Shown here piece after piece: positions 1 through 11,760 of a stretch of DNA of 64,000 nucleotides. The stretch's first letter is position 1; every line of letters begins with the position of its first letter. Made by a program: the position numbers and the translations under genes. The notes beneath the pieces are model-generated. The model had not been told where the DNA came from, did no database searches, and saw only the letters and a program-made list of their open reading frames with translations. Source of the stretch: Octopus sinensis (taxonomy: Eukaryota). The stretch spans positions 66,402,001-66,466,000 of the forward strand of contig NC_043001.1 in the NCBI RefSeq assembly GCF_006345805.1, written 5' to 3'.

Positions 1-1363
1 TTCAGCAACCTTTCATAGTGGCATCTCCAAACCTCTCTCTTTGCATCCTCATTTAGCGCAAGTGAACCATCATCCATGCAAACACACTTCTCTCCTACCA
101 CATCACGATTCTCTCTCACACACTGTCTTGCAACACGAAATACCTCAAGTCTTTCATCCTCACGGCTCAGAACATTGGCAAATTTTTTCTTATCCGCTTC
201 CCCTCTGGCTAAATAAACCTGTCTCCTAGCTTCTCTTCTGGTTGTCTGATACAATTCCCTGCTACCACCGTTCTTCCAGTCCTTCCAAGCCTGTCTCTTT
301 TGTCTAATAGCCCTGTCAACCACAGTGTTCCACCACCATGTTACTCTGGGTCGAGATGGTACTTTGCTCTATCCACAGATCTGGTCAGTGGCTGTCAGCA
401 GATTGTCCCGTAGAAATCTCCAGTTGTCTTCCACATTAAGTGAAGCTATATCCCCTTCTATTTCGTCAAAGGCTTCGAGTAGTATGTCTCTAAATCTCTG
501 TCCATTTGCAGGATCTTTAAGCTTCCAGACCCTTCTCCTCTAAGCTGGTCTTCTTCTGGGCAACCATTTAGCTCTGATCCTGAAGTCACTAACTACTAAT
601 CTATGTTGAGGAGTACATTCTTCGCCTGGGAAGGTTTTGGCATTTATAATCAGCCCTCTTTCCCTTTTTCTGGCAAGGATGTAGTCAATCTGGCTGGTGT
701 GTCTACCAGAACGCTAGGTGACTAGGTGAGAGGTGGGTTTCCTGAAGTTGGTATTGCAGACCATAAGGTCATTTGCATTGCAGAACTCCAGCAGCCTGGT
801 TCCCTCCTCATTACGAGAGCCAAAACCGTAGCCTCCATGAACGCCATGAAGCCCCCGACATGCCATCCAACATGTCCATTGAAATCACCTGCCACGAAGA
901 GAAGGTCACTGTCATTTGTCAACGAGGTAGTCCACAATAGGGTGTCATAGAATTGGTCTTTTTGTCCTTCCGGTAGCCCTGGTTGAGGGGCATATGCCGA
1001 GATGATGGTAGCTGACCTATGGTGAAGGACTAATCTAATTTTAATTACTCTGTCACTTACTCCGACTACCTCGATTACCTTATATACCCATTTCTCCGCA
1101 AGAAGTATACCCACGCCCCCGACCCCGTCAGTGTTCCCTGCCCAGAAAATCTTGTACCTGTGTTCCTTGCCTGTGAGGAGCCTAGCGGAACCTCCTCTCC
1201 ACCTTACTTCCTGGATGCAGCATACATCCACACATACATCCAATGTGCCAACATTGAGTGTGCCAACTCTGAGGGTGTGGGAGGTGTGGGCTTCTGAGAC
1301 CCTGGGATGAGGGACAGCCGTGTCATGTACCTGAAAAGAAAGCTTGCATTTGGCAGATTTCAT
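1..1363 (-). mobile_element. RTE-clade LINE ORF2 5' part (AP endonuclease and linker), pseudogenised; runs off the window start
   Basis: ORF 722..1363 has APE motifs (VGTLNVGTL, VCCIQEVRW, GVGILL, IISAYAPQ, AGDFNGHVG); frameshift and stops downstream. Confidence 0.9.
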
Positions 1364-2141
1364 ATCGAAACACTAGACTACAACCTGCATACATTTCACA
1401 GTTTTTTGTGCTATATGATCAGATAACCCTACATAGAGGTGTGAGTGGGGGTGGGGGTAGTTAAGTAAGACAGGGGTAGAAACTTCCGGTATTATTAGAT
1501 CTTCTAGTTCTTTTTCTGGGGCTCTCTCAACCTTTCTGTTCTCATTAGAAAATATTCTAAAAATTACTGTTTCTTTCCTCTTTCTTTTTCTCTTCTGATT
1601 AATTTCCCACATGAGGAAAAATTAACTGTTGTGCCAACACAATTGAACGGCTGAAAACTGACCAATACAAACAACAATTTCAGTTAATCACAAGGTCATG
1701 TGACCTGCTGGAACAAAAAGGTTTGTGGAGCTGATATCTGGGTATCTAAGCCAAGAAAATCCATAATGAAAACATCTCACACATAATGACAGTGTAAATC
1801 ACTTCTGCTACAGCCAAATCAGCCTGGCAGGGATAGAACCCACAGGGTAAGAGGGTATTGCAGCACAGAGGGAAGATTGGTGAGTTTCCTTCCAAGCCAC
1901 TGCAAGCAGTTTTTAGAAGGCCAGAGCAACTGCTGTGGATGAGAAACACCAAAGCCTACGAAGTTGATCTATTAAGTACCAGAGCCTGTTGTTCAAAGAT
2001 CAGTCGACATATCCACTCTTCCTCATGATTTTTGTACCTGAAAAACTGCCATTATCATCATAATAATCATCCCCACCCCCCACACACACACATGCCAACA
2101 TGGAAAATGGATGTTTAAGGGGGAGGAGGATACATATAATG

Positions 2142-4594
2142 AAAGATGGAAGATGGAATATACGAGAATTTATTATTAATCATGACAGTTGTTTTGACAC
2201 ATCTAGCATCGATTCCTCGTGAGTAGGACACTCAACAACTGGTTCAGGTGCATCCAGTGGTGCAGATGTATCTCATCAGGTGATAAATAAATACAACTCA
2301 TTCAAATGACTGTTCTTCAATGTAACTTTCCATTTTGTATAAAGAAAAGCAGCCAGATCGAGGAAATATCTTGATTTATATAGAAGATCAACAATAAAAT
2401 CACAAATGGTAAAAAGAGAAACAAATCTGCGATCCAGCGAGAAAAGTATTAAAAATAACCATCAACAGATATGGATGTATAAATGCCATTGGGCAAGCTG
2501 CATGTTGTGAGTACACTCGCTCATACAAGTATCTGAAAAATGTGAGCATACACAGACATGAGGCTTGGTGCATTCATGATCACAAAACGTGTTAGCTATA
2601 TACTTGGTGTTTATAAGAATGGGAAAGTTAAAAGTAAACTTAAGTCATCCATACCTTAAAGTAAATTAAATTAAGTTAACGGTTACTGAAAATTCATTCT
2701 CACTACATTGGGCAAAAGTACATTTATATGCATGTAGGCAGCTTGAGAGTCGTTTAGAAATTCTATTAATGATCTTCTCATTAGTTCACAGAATAGACAG
2801 GGATTCCTTGAAGCAGAGATGGCATCTCCTGGAAATTATATTGTATGGTTTTGCATACCTTACTATGGACCAATTAATGCTGTACTTCATTTTATCCTCC
2901 TCCAGTTGCCATACAAAATCTGCCAAAGATGTTGAATGTCTTTTATTGAATGTCTTAAAGCTGGCAACATGTTACAATAATGATTCTTAAATGAATCAGC
3001 CATCTGCCCAGTGTAAACATATGGCCTTCCCCTTGTGCGCATGGTACATTTATATACAAGATTTGTACTCATACAGAGATTCATCAAAGGACATTTTGAT
3101 TTTTCTCTGCATGAGCATTTATTCTTTTTATTTGTATATAAGGCAATCCCAACTCCATTTACTGGCGTTGTTACCATGTTAGCTGCATCATAAGTATTTC
3201 TACTACTACAAATTGGTCATAGTTAGTGCTTATCATTGCGGTTTACATCTCCTTGGTTGGTATTGAGATGCAAATGTTCACTAGATCCAGTAGATGGGTT
3301 ATTGAACCTTTCCTGCATTTTGCTATTGTTTATGCAATGCATAAGCTGCTCTAAATTAGCAGAGTTGGCATAGGATACCTTCACAGTGTGTCAATTAAAA
3401 ATAGCATGATACCAGTTAGATTTAGGAAAACACTTGTCCAAAGCAGCAAAAAATTTTCCAGCGATCTTGGTTGAAACATGCAAACTGAAAATTGGGTTGA
3501 ACCAGAGGACATCCTGATTCCTATATGTATTGTTAGGTTTATTTGATCGAGTGTGTTGTACAGGATTGGAACAAGCAGTTGGATTATTATGTCACATGTG
3601 TTTATGAGTTTTTGTTGGTAGTTCATTGATATAACTAATTCTTCCTGGCCTGTATACCACCACAATGTTACAGTTTGAGAACTCAGACAGAGAATACAGG
3701 CCAGGAAGAATTGGTCATATCAATGAACTACCAACGAAAACTCATAGACACACGCAACATAATAATCTAACTGCTTGTTCCAATCCTGTACAAAACACTC
3801 GATCAAATAAGCCTAACAACAAATACAAGAATCAAGATGTCCTCTGGTTCAACCCAAATTTCGGTTTGCATAGTTAGACATGCAAAACCATACAATATAA
3901 TTTCCAGGAGATGCCATCTCTGCTCCAAGGAATCCCTATCTATTCTGTGAACTAATGAGAAGATCATTAATAGAATTTCTAAATGACTCTCGAGCTGCCT
4001 ACATGCATATAAATGTACTTTTGCCCAATGTAGTGAGAATGAATTTTCAGTAACCGTTAACTTAATTTAATTTACTTTAAGGTATGGATGACTTAAGTTT
4101 ACTTTTAACTTTCCCATTCTTATAAACACCAAGTATATAGCTAACACGTTTTGTGATCATGAATGCACCAAGCCTCATGTCTGTGTATGCTCACATTTTT
4201 CAGATACTTGTATGAGCGAGTGTACTCGCAACATGCAGCTTGCCCAATGGCGTTTATACATCCATATCTGTTGATGGTTATTTTTAATACTTTTCTCACT
4301 GGATCGCAGATTTGTTTCTCTTTTTACCATTTGTGATTTTATTGTTGATCTTCTATATAAGTTAAGATATTTTCTCTGTCTGGCTGCTTTTCTTTATACA
4401 AAATGGAAAGTTACATTGCAGAACAGTCATTTGAATGAGTTGTATTTATTTATCACCCAGTGAGATACATCTGCACCACCAGGTATTCCTGAACCAGTTG
4501 TTGAGTGTCCTACTCACGAGGAACCGATGCTAGATGTGTCAAAACAACTGTCATGATTAATAATAAATTCTTTTATATTCCATCTTCCGTCTTT
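2142..4594. mobile_element. Head-to-head doublet of a Penelope-like element 3' half (linker, GIY-YIG, 3' tail); right copy internally deleted
   Basis: Minus strand reads QDVLWFNPIF..LDKCFP..HTVKVSY, then CSCREKSKCPL..LVYKCT..YTGQ and CHLC. Inverted arms about 2142-2867/3869-4594 and 3478-3656/3694-3871. Confidence 0.85.
2179..2284 (-). ncRNA. Degenerate type I hammerhead ribozyme motif; a more decayed mirror copy lies at 4452-4557 (+)
   Basis: atcac CTGATGA gatacatct...agatgtgtc AAAAC aact GTC atgat; 9-bp stem II, G12 mutated to A. Confidence 0.55.
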
Positions 4595-5022
4595 TATTTG
4601 CCATATACCTAATGATCACTGTAAAAGTGACCGTGCTACCAGGTGTAAACCATTCATTTTATTATCCAATATATATATATATGAAGAAGTAAAAGGGATT
4701 AAAAAATCCAGGCAGATATCTATAAAGTATTTGGTGTTAAACAAATTTGGCTAACTATATGAAACAATCAGATATCAATAAATGCAAGAAGAATTAACAT
4801 CCAAGGTAATTCTTCATGTATGACAAATAAAAATCCAAATAATGCTTAGAAGAATTTCAAGAAATTTAGAGCATAAGACAAGAAAAATGGAAAAAATCAC
4901 ATCTTTAATTGGTGCTTACCCCAAATAATACTAACAAGCGTTTCTATTGTGCCAGTAAATTTAGATACAGTAAAAGGTGTAAAATACCAGTCAAAATATA
5001 TATCACCATCATCATTGTTTAA

Positions 5023-5735
5023 CGTCCGCTTTCCATGCTAGCATGGGTTGGACGATTTGACTGAGGGCTGGCAAACCAGATGGCTGCACCAGGCTCCAAT
5101 CTGATCTGGCAGAGTTTCTACAGCTGGATGCCCTTCCTAACGCCAACCACTCCAAGAGTGTAGTGGGTACTTTTATGTGTCACTGGCATGAGAGCCAATC
5201 AGGCGGTACTAGCAATGGCCACACTGAAATGATATTTTTTACATGCCACCTGCACAGGAGCCAGTTCAGTGGCATTGGCAATGACCTTGCTCAAATGTTT
5301 TTTCACGTGCCAGTAAGACGACACTGGTAATGATCACACTTGATAGGTGCTTTTTACATGCTACCAGCATGGAAGCCAATTAGCTGCTCTGGCAATGATC
5401 ATGCACAGATGGTGCTCTTAGCGCTCCACTAGCATGGATGCCAGTCATCGAATTTGATTTCGATTTCACTTGCCTTAACAGGTCTTCGCAAGCAGAGTTT
5501 AGTGTCCAATGAAGGGAAAGTATGCATAAGTGGGTTGGTTACACCCCTGGCATAGGTTATGGTCTCACTTGGCTTGCCAGATCTTCTCAAAGCACAGCAT
5601 ATTTCCAAAGGTCTCAGTCACTAGTCATTGCTTCAGTGAGGCCTAATGTTCAAAGGTCATGCTTCACCACCTCATCCCAGGTCTTCCTGGGTCTACCTCT
5701 TCCACAGGTTCCCTCAACCACTAGGGTGTGGCACT
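5023..5735 (-). mobile_element. 5'-truncated RTE LINE (ORF2 C-terminus and 3' UTR ending in (TGA)n)
   Basis: Reverse complement matches the RTE 3' end at 40540-41343, including the ccatgctagcatgg palindrome and tail. Confidence 0.85.
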
Positions 5736-6439
5736 TTTCAACACAGCTATCCTTTTGCACACTTTATACACACACATACACACAAAATATTGCCTGTCAC
5801 ATTCCTTATCAGCTACTTATCAATGTCAAAGCTGTATACTCTACCAAAATGTCCAGTCTATGTCTAGTTGACATTTATTTGATGATGTTGTATGTGAAGT
5901 TTCCTTCACATTAGATGTAATCCTGCTTTCTTTTCCCAATTCTTTCAGGTATTTTAACAAACACCCAATGTATGGACACATTCACACATCTTTAGTACAC
6001 CAGTATATACTGTACCAACTTTGTTTATTCTTATTGGTTGAATATAATCAGCAGAGAAGCAAAGAATTTCTATTTAAAGCCATTATTAAGAGGAAAAGTG
6101 AAATGTATAGAATGAACTTAAGCCTGACTTAACATAAGACCTGTAACTCAACTTATTTCTCTGAATTTCTTTACACAAGTCATGATTTTATGGCTGTATA
6201 AGCAGATAGACAGCTTTAATAATAGCTCCGCTTTGTAAAGTTCTTCTCATTATTTGTATAAATACAAACAGATACATGCATTCAAGTAAATGGCAGACAC
6301 ATATATATACATAAATTCGCATAGATACACATAGACACACACAGATTCAGAGATTCACACACACACACACACACACAAATTTGTACTAACCTCAAATTAT
6401 ATTCTCAATGGATAAGAAATCACCCAAAAGTTGTTTTAC

Positions 6440-6527
6440 TACTGTTGGTGCTGCTGCCGCTGCTACTACAACAACTACTACTACGACTACTACTACTACC
6501 ACCACCACCACCATCAGCAGCAGCACC

Positions 6528-6559
<32 letters not shown>

Positions 6560-6635
6560 CATTACTACTACTACTACCACCACCACAGCTGCTGCCACCA
6601 GCACCACCCCACCACACCTCCACCACTACCACCAG
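6440..6635. repeat. Compound trinucleotide microsatellite (GCT/ACT/ACC/AGC/AAC)
   Basis: Directly visible; explains the homopolymer-rich ORFs at 6392-6666. Confidence 0.95.
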
Positions 6636-7018
6636 TTCTGAAGGAGTGACTCATTACCTGTGTTAAGATAACTTACATGATATTCGCCTCATATTTACAC
6701 TGACTTGACAAAAAGAAATGAAGATGAAGGGATCTCCAGTAAATGGAAGAGGTTATAGTATTGTGAGTATGGAATGTGATATCTAGTGAGAAGGCAAAGG
6801 GATAGGTGGGTTCTTGTGAGAATGTTATAGTGTAGGGGTATGTAATGTAATTTTTGCTGAGAAGGTATAAGGGTAGGTGATTATGCAGGGTGGGAGGTTT
6901 CTTGTATAAGGGGTAGATAGTTTTTGGTAATAATAATAATAATAATAACAGTATTAATAATAATAATAATAATAATAATAACAGTATTAATTATAATAAT
7001 TATCATAATAATAATAAT

Positions 7019-7190
7019 CATCATCATCATCATCATCATCATTTAGCGTCTGTTTTCCATGCTAGCATGGGTTGGACGGTTCAACTGGGGTCTGTGAAGC
7101 CGGAAGGCTTCATCAGGCCCAGTCAGATTTGGCAGTGTTTCTATGGCTGGATGCCCTTCCTAACGCCAACCACTCCACGAGTGTAGTGGG
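7019..7190 (-). mobile_element. RTE 3'-tail fragment inserted in an (AAT)n tract
   Basis: (CAT)n-ttagcgtc...ccatgctagcatgg...gtgtagtggg with (AAT)n on both sides. Confidence 0.85.
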
Positions 7191-8038
7191 AATAATAATA
7201 ATAGCAATAAAAACATGGTTTTGATCTCTGAGGACAACCCCAACAAAATTAAATTTATGTCTAATAATTCTAAGATCAAGAATTCTATATACTAATGTAA
7301 AATTTCTCGCGGTACCGATGTCTACTTCTACATAGGCGCATCCTCTTCCCAGTTATCTAAGAGAATTTCAAATCATTATTCATCATTTAGGGATTGCAGA
7401 AAACACCATAGCACAGGGCTAAATAAATTGGTTTGGCATCTTAAAGACAACAATAAAGATTTTAAGTTAGATTGGTTCATCCTGTCGGTATCTTTTCCTT
7501 ACGATAAGGGCAAGGGATTTTGTAACATTTGCAACTCTGAACTCTTCCATATTCTCTTCTCTAAGAATCACCTTGTTAACACACTTATAGAGCAATCTTA
7601 CAAATGTAAACACTGGCAGAAACATACCTTTAACTCATATAAGTGATTTTGCCAGTCTTTATAGTTTGAACAGTTAGTTTAACTTGCACATTACTTCAAT
7701 AGAGAAATCTACTTCTAAGACTTTGAACATTTTTTCAACCAACGTATCCCTCTTTATTAGTTCTCTACTTATTATTTCTTTAACCCTTCTCTTCCTAGTA
7801 TCTGCCTTTGATGTCAAATCTACTAACGGTTTTTTAAATACTTAATAATGTTCTGTTTATCATTTAGGCAGTCATCGTAATTGTTATAATGTCTTGTTGT
7901 TGAGATAGGCTCTCTTTCTTTCCCGATGAGAAGATTGCATTTTACACCGTTTATTCCTTTGGAATAAAACCAATGTTGTCTTTGAAACATATGTTGAAAG
8001 TAAAAAGATTTTAATAACATCTTCGTTCAACTCCATTA
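7191..8038 (+). mobile_element. Penelope-like element 3' fragment: GIY-YIG endonuclease and 3' tail with hammerhead
   Basis: Translates VLISEDNPNKIKF..SIY*CK..FYIGASS..KRISNH..VWHLK..CNICNSELFHIL..CKHW; homologous to the C-terminus of ORF 52078..53457. Confidence 0.85.
7918..8000 (+). ncRNA. Type I hammerhead motif, U4C core variant, long stem II
   Basis: ctttc CCGATGA gaaga...tcttt GAAAC atat GTT gaaag; stem I 5 bp, palindromic AACATATGTT stem III. Confidence 0.7.
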
Positions 8039-8096
8039 CTTATATATATATATAAGTTATATATATATATATATATATATATAACTTATATCTCCC

Positions 8097-8245
8097 CTGG
8101 CACGTAAAAAGCACCCACTTCACTCATGGAGTGGTTGGCATTAGGAAGGGCATCCAGCTGTAGAAACACTGCCAGACCCCGGTCGAACCGTCCAACCCGT
8201 GCTAGCGCGGAAAACGGACGTTAAACAATGATGATGATGATGATA
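8097..8245 (+). mobile_element. RTE 3'-tail fragment
   Basis: gcacgtaaaaagcaccc...ggacgttaaac(tga)n followed by (TA)n. Confidence 0.8.
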
Positions 8246-8299
8246 TATATATATATAACAATATATATATATATATAACAATATATAGATATATATATA

Positions 8300-8645
8300 T
8301 ATAACAATTGCAGCATGGAAAGTGTCTATAAGCCATTTAAGAAACACGCAAAACCTGTTAGATTCACTTCAACATTTAAATTTAATTTGTCAAAATATGT
8401 TCGTCGCTTTGAGACCACGACCTGTTCACTGACAAAATTCTGTGCTGTTGTGAACAGGTCGCAGTCTCAAAGCAACGAAAATATTTTGACAAATTAAATA
8501 TTTTGACAAATTAAATTTAAATGTTGAAGTGAATCTAATGGTTTTTGTGTTTCTTAAATGGCTTATAAACACCTTCCACGCTGCAATTGTTTTCGTTCCA
8601 GTACACAATCTCAGATCAGGTCACTTGCTATGCAAGTACATCTCC
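8300..8645. mobile_element. Fold-back non-autonomous repeat (MITE-like); related copy at 54268-54460
   Basis: Inverted arms about 8300-8440 and 8450-8590; the terminus ggagatgtacttgcatagcaagtgacctgatctgaga recurs at 54270. Confidence 0.6.
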
Positions 8646-8701
<56 letters not shown>

Positions 8702-9745
8702 CTTTGTTTGCATATGCAAAAATATAATCTTAGGTTACATTCTTGTTCCCTTTGCTTGCCTACTTTAGCTTTTCAGGTGTCACCTCACTGTCCCCTGACT
8801 GGAGAAGACATATGACTGTAAGGTTCTTTTAGTCTTGTCTCTCTATGAACCTGTTAATTAATCTCTCTAGTGTTAGACACAATGCACCCGGACACACTGT
8901 AAAGTAACTGGTGATATGAAGGCATCCAGCCATAGAAGCTAAGCTAAATGACACATCTGTGTACTGTCTATGACAGCAGCAGTGGCTCCTAATATGAAAT
9001 GATTTGGACTGTGATGGCCCCATCCCATTCTTTCCAGTATACAGAATGGACAAAATCTGATGATGCTAATGAATATGATATAGCATCATTATCATTGTTT
9101 AACATCCACTTTCCCATGCTTGCATGGGTTGGACAAAGTTTTATGAGGCAGGTCTGACTACAGCCAGCTACCCTTCTTGTTACTGACCCTAACCTTTTTC
9201 TAAAGAAGGTAATATTTCCCTATGGTCAGGCATGTTTTTGCAGAATATTGGAAATGAATAACACTGTTGTGTGACAGTAACACACATTTACAACTATCAT
9301 GCAATATCAAGACAAGGAGACTCGAGCACACACACGTAGACACACCCAGACTTATAAAGGTACCAACACACACATACACACACATACAGCAAACTTCTCC
9401 AAACTTCTTATCTTTCAAATTTCACTGACAAGACATTGGCATTCCTGATATCTAGTAGTAGACACTTGCCTTAGACACAGTGTATTGGGATTGAATCTAT
9501 CACTACATAGCTGTGATACAAACTTTCTGATAGAATAATCACAATTAAAATCATATAAAACTATTTTAAAAATGTTGTAGGTGTTAATATTGAAACCTGT
9601 TTTGTTGATAACTATGAATAGGACTGGTTTAGACTAAACAAACGTCTTTGCTGCTTGGGTAAGATTTCAGCCATGACACAGGATTGGATGAAAACACAAT
9701 GTATATAGACACACAGACAGACAGGCAATTAAATTAAAACACAAA

Positions 9746-9793
<48 letters not shown>

Positions 9794-9888
9794 CACACAT
9801 ACACGCACATACACACATATATATGTATAGTCAATCCAAACAAGAACAAGCAAGAAAAAAACAACAATGCAAGGACGTGGAACAAGTA

Positions 9889-9973
<85 letters not shown>

Positions 9974-10066
9974 CACACATATACTCATATATATGTATGT
10001 ATATATATATATATATACACACATACACACATATATATTTATATGTATACACACACGCACACACAC

Positions 10067-10115
<49 letters not shown>

Positions 10116-10189
10116 CACACACACACACATTTATATATATATATACATACACACACATATATAAGCATACATATATATATGCATATATA

Positions 10190-10380
10190 CGGGTGGCACG
10201 TAAAAAGCACCCACTACACTCACGGAGTGGTTGGCGTTAGGAAGGGCATCCAGCCGTAGAAACTCTGCCAGATCAGACTGGGCCTGATGCAGCCTTCTGG
10301 CTTCACAGTCCCCAGTTGAACCGTCCAACCCATGCTAGCATGGAAAGCGGACGCTAAATGATGATGATGACGATGATAAT
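10190..10380 (+). mobile_element. RTE 3'-tail fragment
   Basis: Same tail consensus ending in (TGA)n next to (TA)n. Confidence 0.85.
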
Positions 10381-10391
10381 GATATATATAT

Positions 10392-11760
10392 ATATATAGA
10401 GAGAGAGAGAGCCTCTATACCGTCATCCCTCACCACGAAGGACTGCGGGCACTTCAACACTTTCTCGACCTCCGCCCCAACCCCGAACCCGACACCTTCA
10501 CACACATTCGTCTGGCCGAACTTGTCCTTTTTCTTAACTGCTTCTCGTTCGCGGCGAGTTCTACCAACAACCCTCGGGAGTGGCCAAGGGAACGTGAATG
10601 GGCTCCAACTATGCGAACCTGTTCGTTGGCTATGTTGAGGCCCAAATATTCTCTAGTTTCACTGGTCCCACTCCCAAACTATATGGTCATTACATTGACA
10701 ACATTATCGGTGCCACCTCACTCTCCCGTGAACATCTAGACTCCTTCCTCTCTTTTGTTCAATCCTTCCATCCTGCCCTCCACTTCACCTGCACTATCCC
10801 CAACACCTCTGTCTCCTTCCTTGACATTTCGGCCAGCATTCATCACTCCACTCTTACCACCTCCTTTTACTACAAACACACAGACTCATACTCATACCTA
10901 AACTTCTCTTCCTCCCACTCCAAACACACCAAGCTTTCCATCCCCTATTCCCAATTCCTCCGTCTACATAGGCTCTGTAGTGACGACCATGACTTTGAGA
11001 CTCAGTCTCAACTCATGGCTCACCACTTCATCCTACGTGGATACCCCCTCACCTCTATCCACACCGCCCTTGCCAGAGCACGTTCCGTAGACCGTGCATC
11101 TGCTCTCTCCCCCCCGAACCTGCCCTGCAGTCTCCCACCTCCCTTTTCCCCTCACCTACCACCCCACCACACTAGCTCTCCAACGCACCATTCTTCGAGC
11201 TTTCCAGCATCTCCAGTCCAACCCATCCACTTCACACCTCTTCCCTAACCGACCCCTCCCCTCCTTCAAACGAGCCCATAACCTACGAGACCTCTTGGTC
11301 CACAGCTTCTTCCCTAACCCTACCTCCCAACCTGGCTCGTTCCCCTGCTCCTGCCCATGTTGCCGCACTTTCCCTTACCTCTCCAACACCACCCTCCTCA
11401 CCGGCACCCATCATCAACCCTATCGCATCATCAACTCCTTCACCTGCACCTCCAGCAATATCATCTATTGCATCTCCTGCTCTCTCTGCCATTCCCTGTA
11501 CATCGGACAAACGGGACGCCGCTTGGCTGACCGGTTTGCGGAACACCTCTGAGACATCTGCCTCGCCAATGACACACCAGTCTCATGCCATTTCCGCTCC
11601 ACCGGTCACTCCTTGCAACACCTGCCTGTGTTCGGATTGTCCTTGCACAGAGGCCATCCGGATTCCCGCTTGGGCCTTGAACAGAGATTAATCTTCTCTC
11701 TTCGCTCTTTTATGCCATTTGGGCTCAACTCTCCTCCCCTTTTCATCTAACTCCTACTTC
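10392..11760 (+). mobile_element. Penelope-like element (RT C-half and GIY-YIG), frameshifted
   Basis: LYTVIPHHEGL, MGSNYANLFVG, YIDNIIG, YYKHTDS, IPYSQFLRL, FTCTSSNIIYCISCSLC..YIGQTGRRLADRFAEH. Confidence 0.92.

Noticed and set aside
1980-2037. Possible 58-bp minus-strand exon (ttttcag|..YKNHEEEWICRLIFEQQAL|gtactt)
   Set aside because: One open frame with plausible splice sites, but no recognisable homology and no partner exons; needs RNA-seq.
2860-3480. In-frame TGA in PLE ORFs as possible selenocysteine (reported for some Naiad PLEs)
   Set aside because: The TGAs seen are in decayed copies at non-Cys positions (probably mutations such as CGA to TGA), the intact 52078 frame has none, and no SECIS was recognised.
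6392-6666. Multiple overlapping poly-T/H/Q/P ORFs
   Set aside because: Compound trinucleotide repeat; no convincing exon context.
7105-7130. CTGATGA plus hairpin in RTE tails (also near 37240 and 37505)
   Set aside because: No GAAA, stem III or stem I; other copies read ctgatgca.
9734-10259. Long ORFs rich in YI/CV/HT dipeptides (also near 29150, 41300 and 44300)
   Set aside because: These are translations of (TA)n/(CA)n microsatellites.
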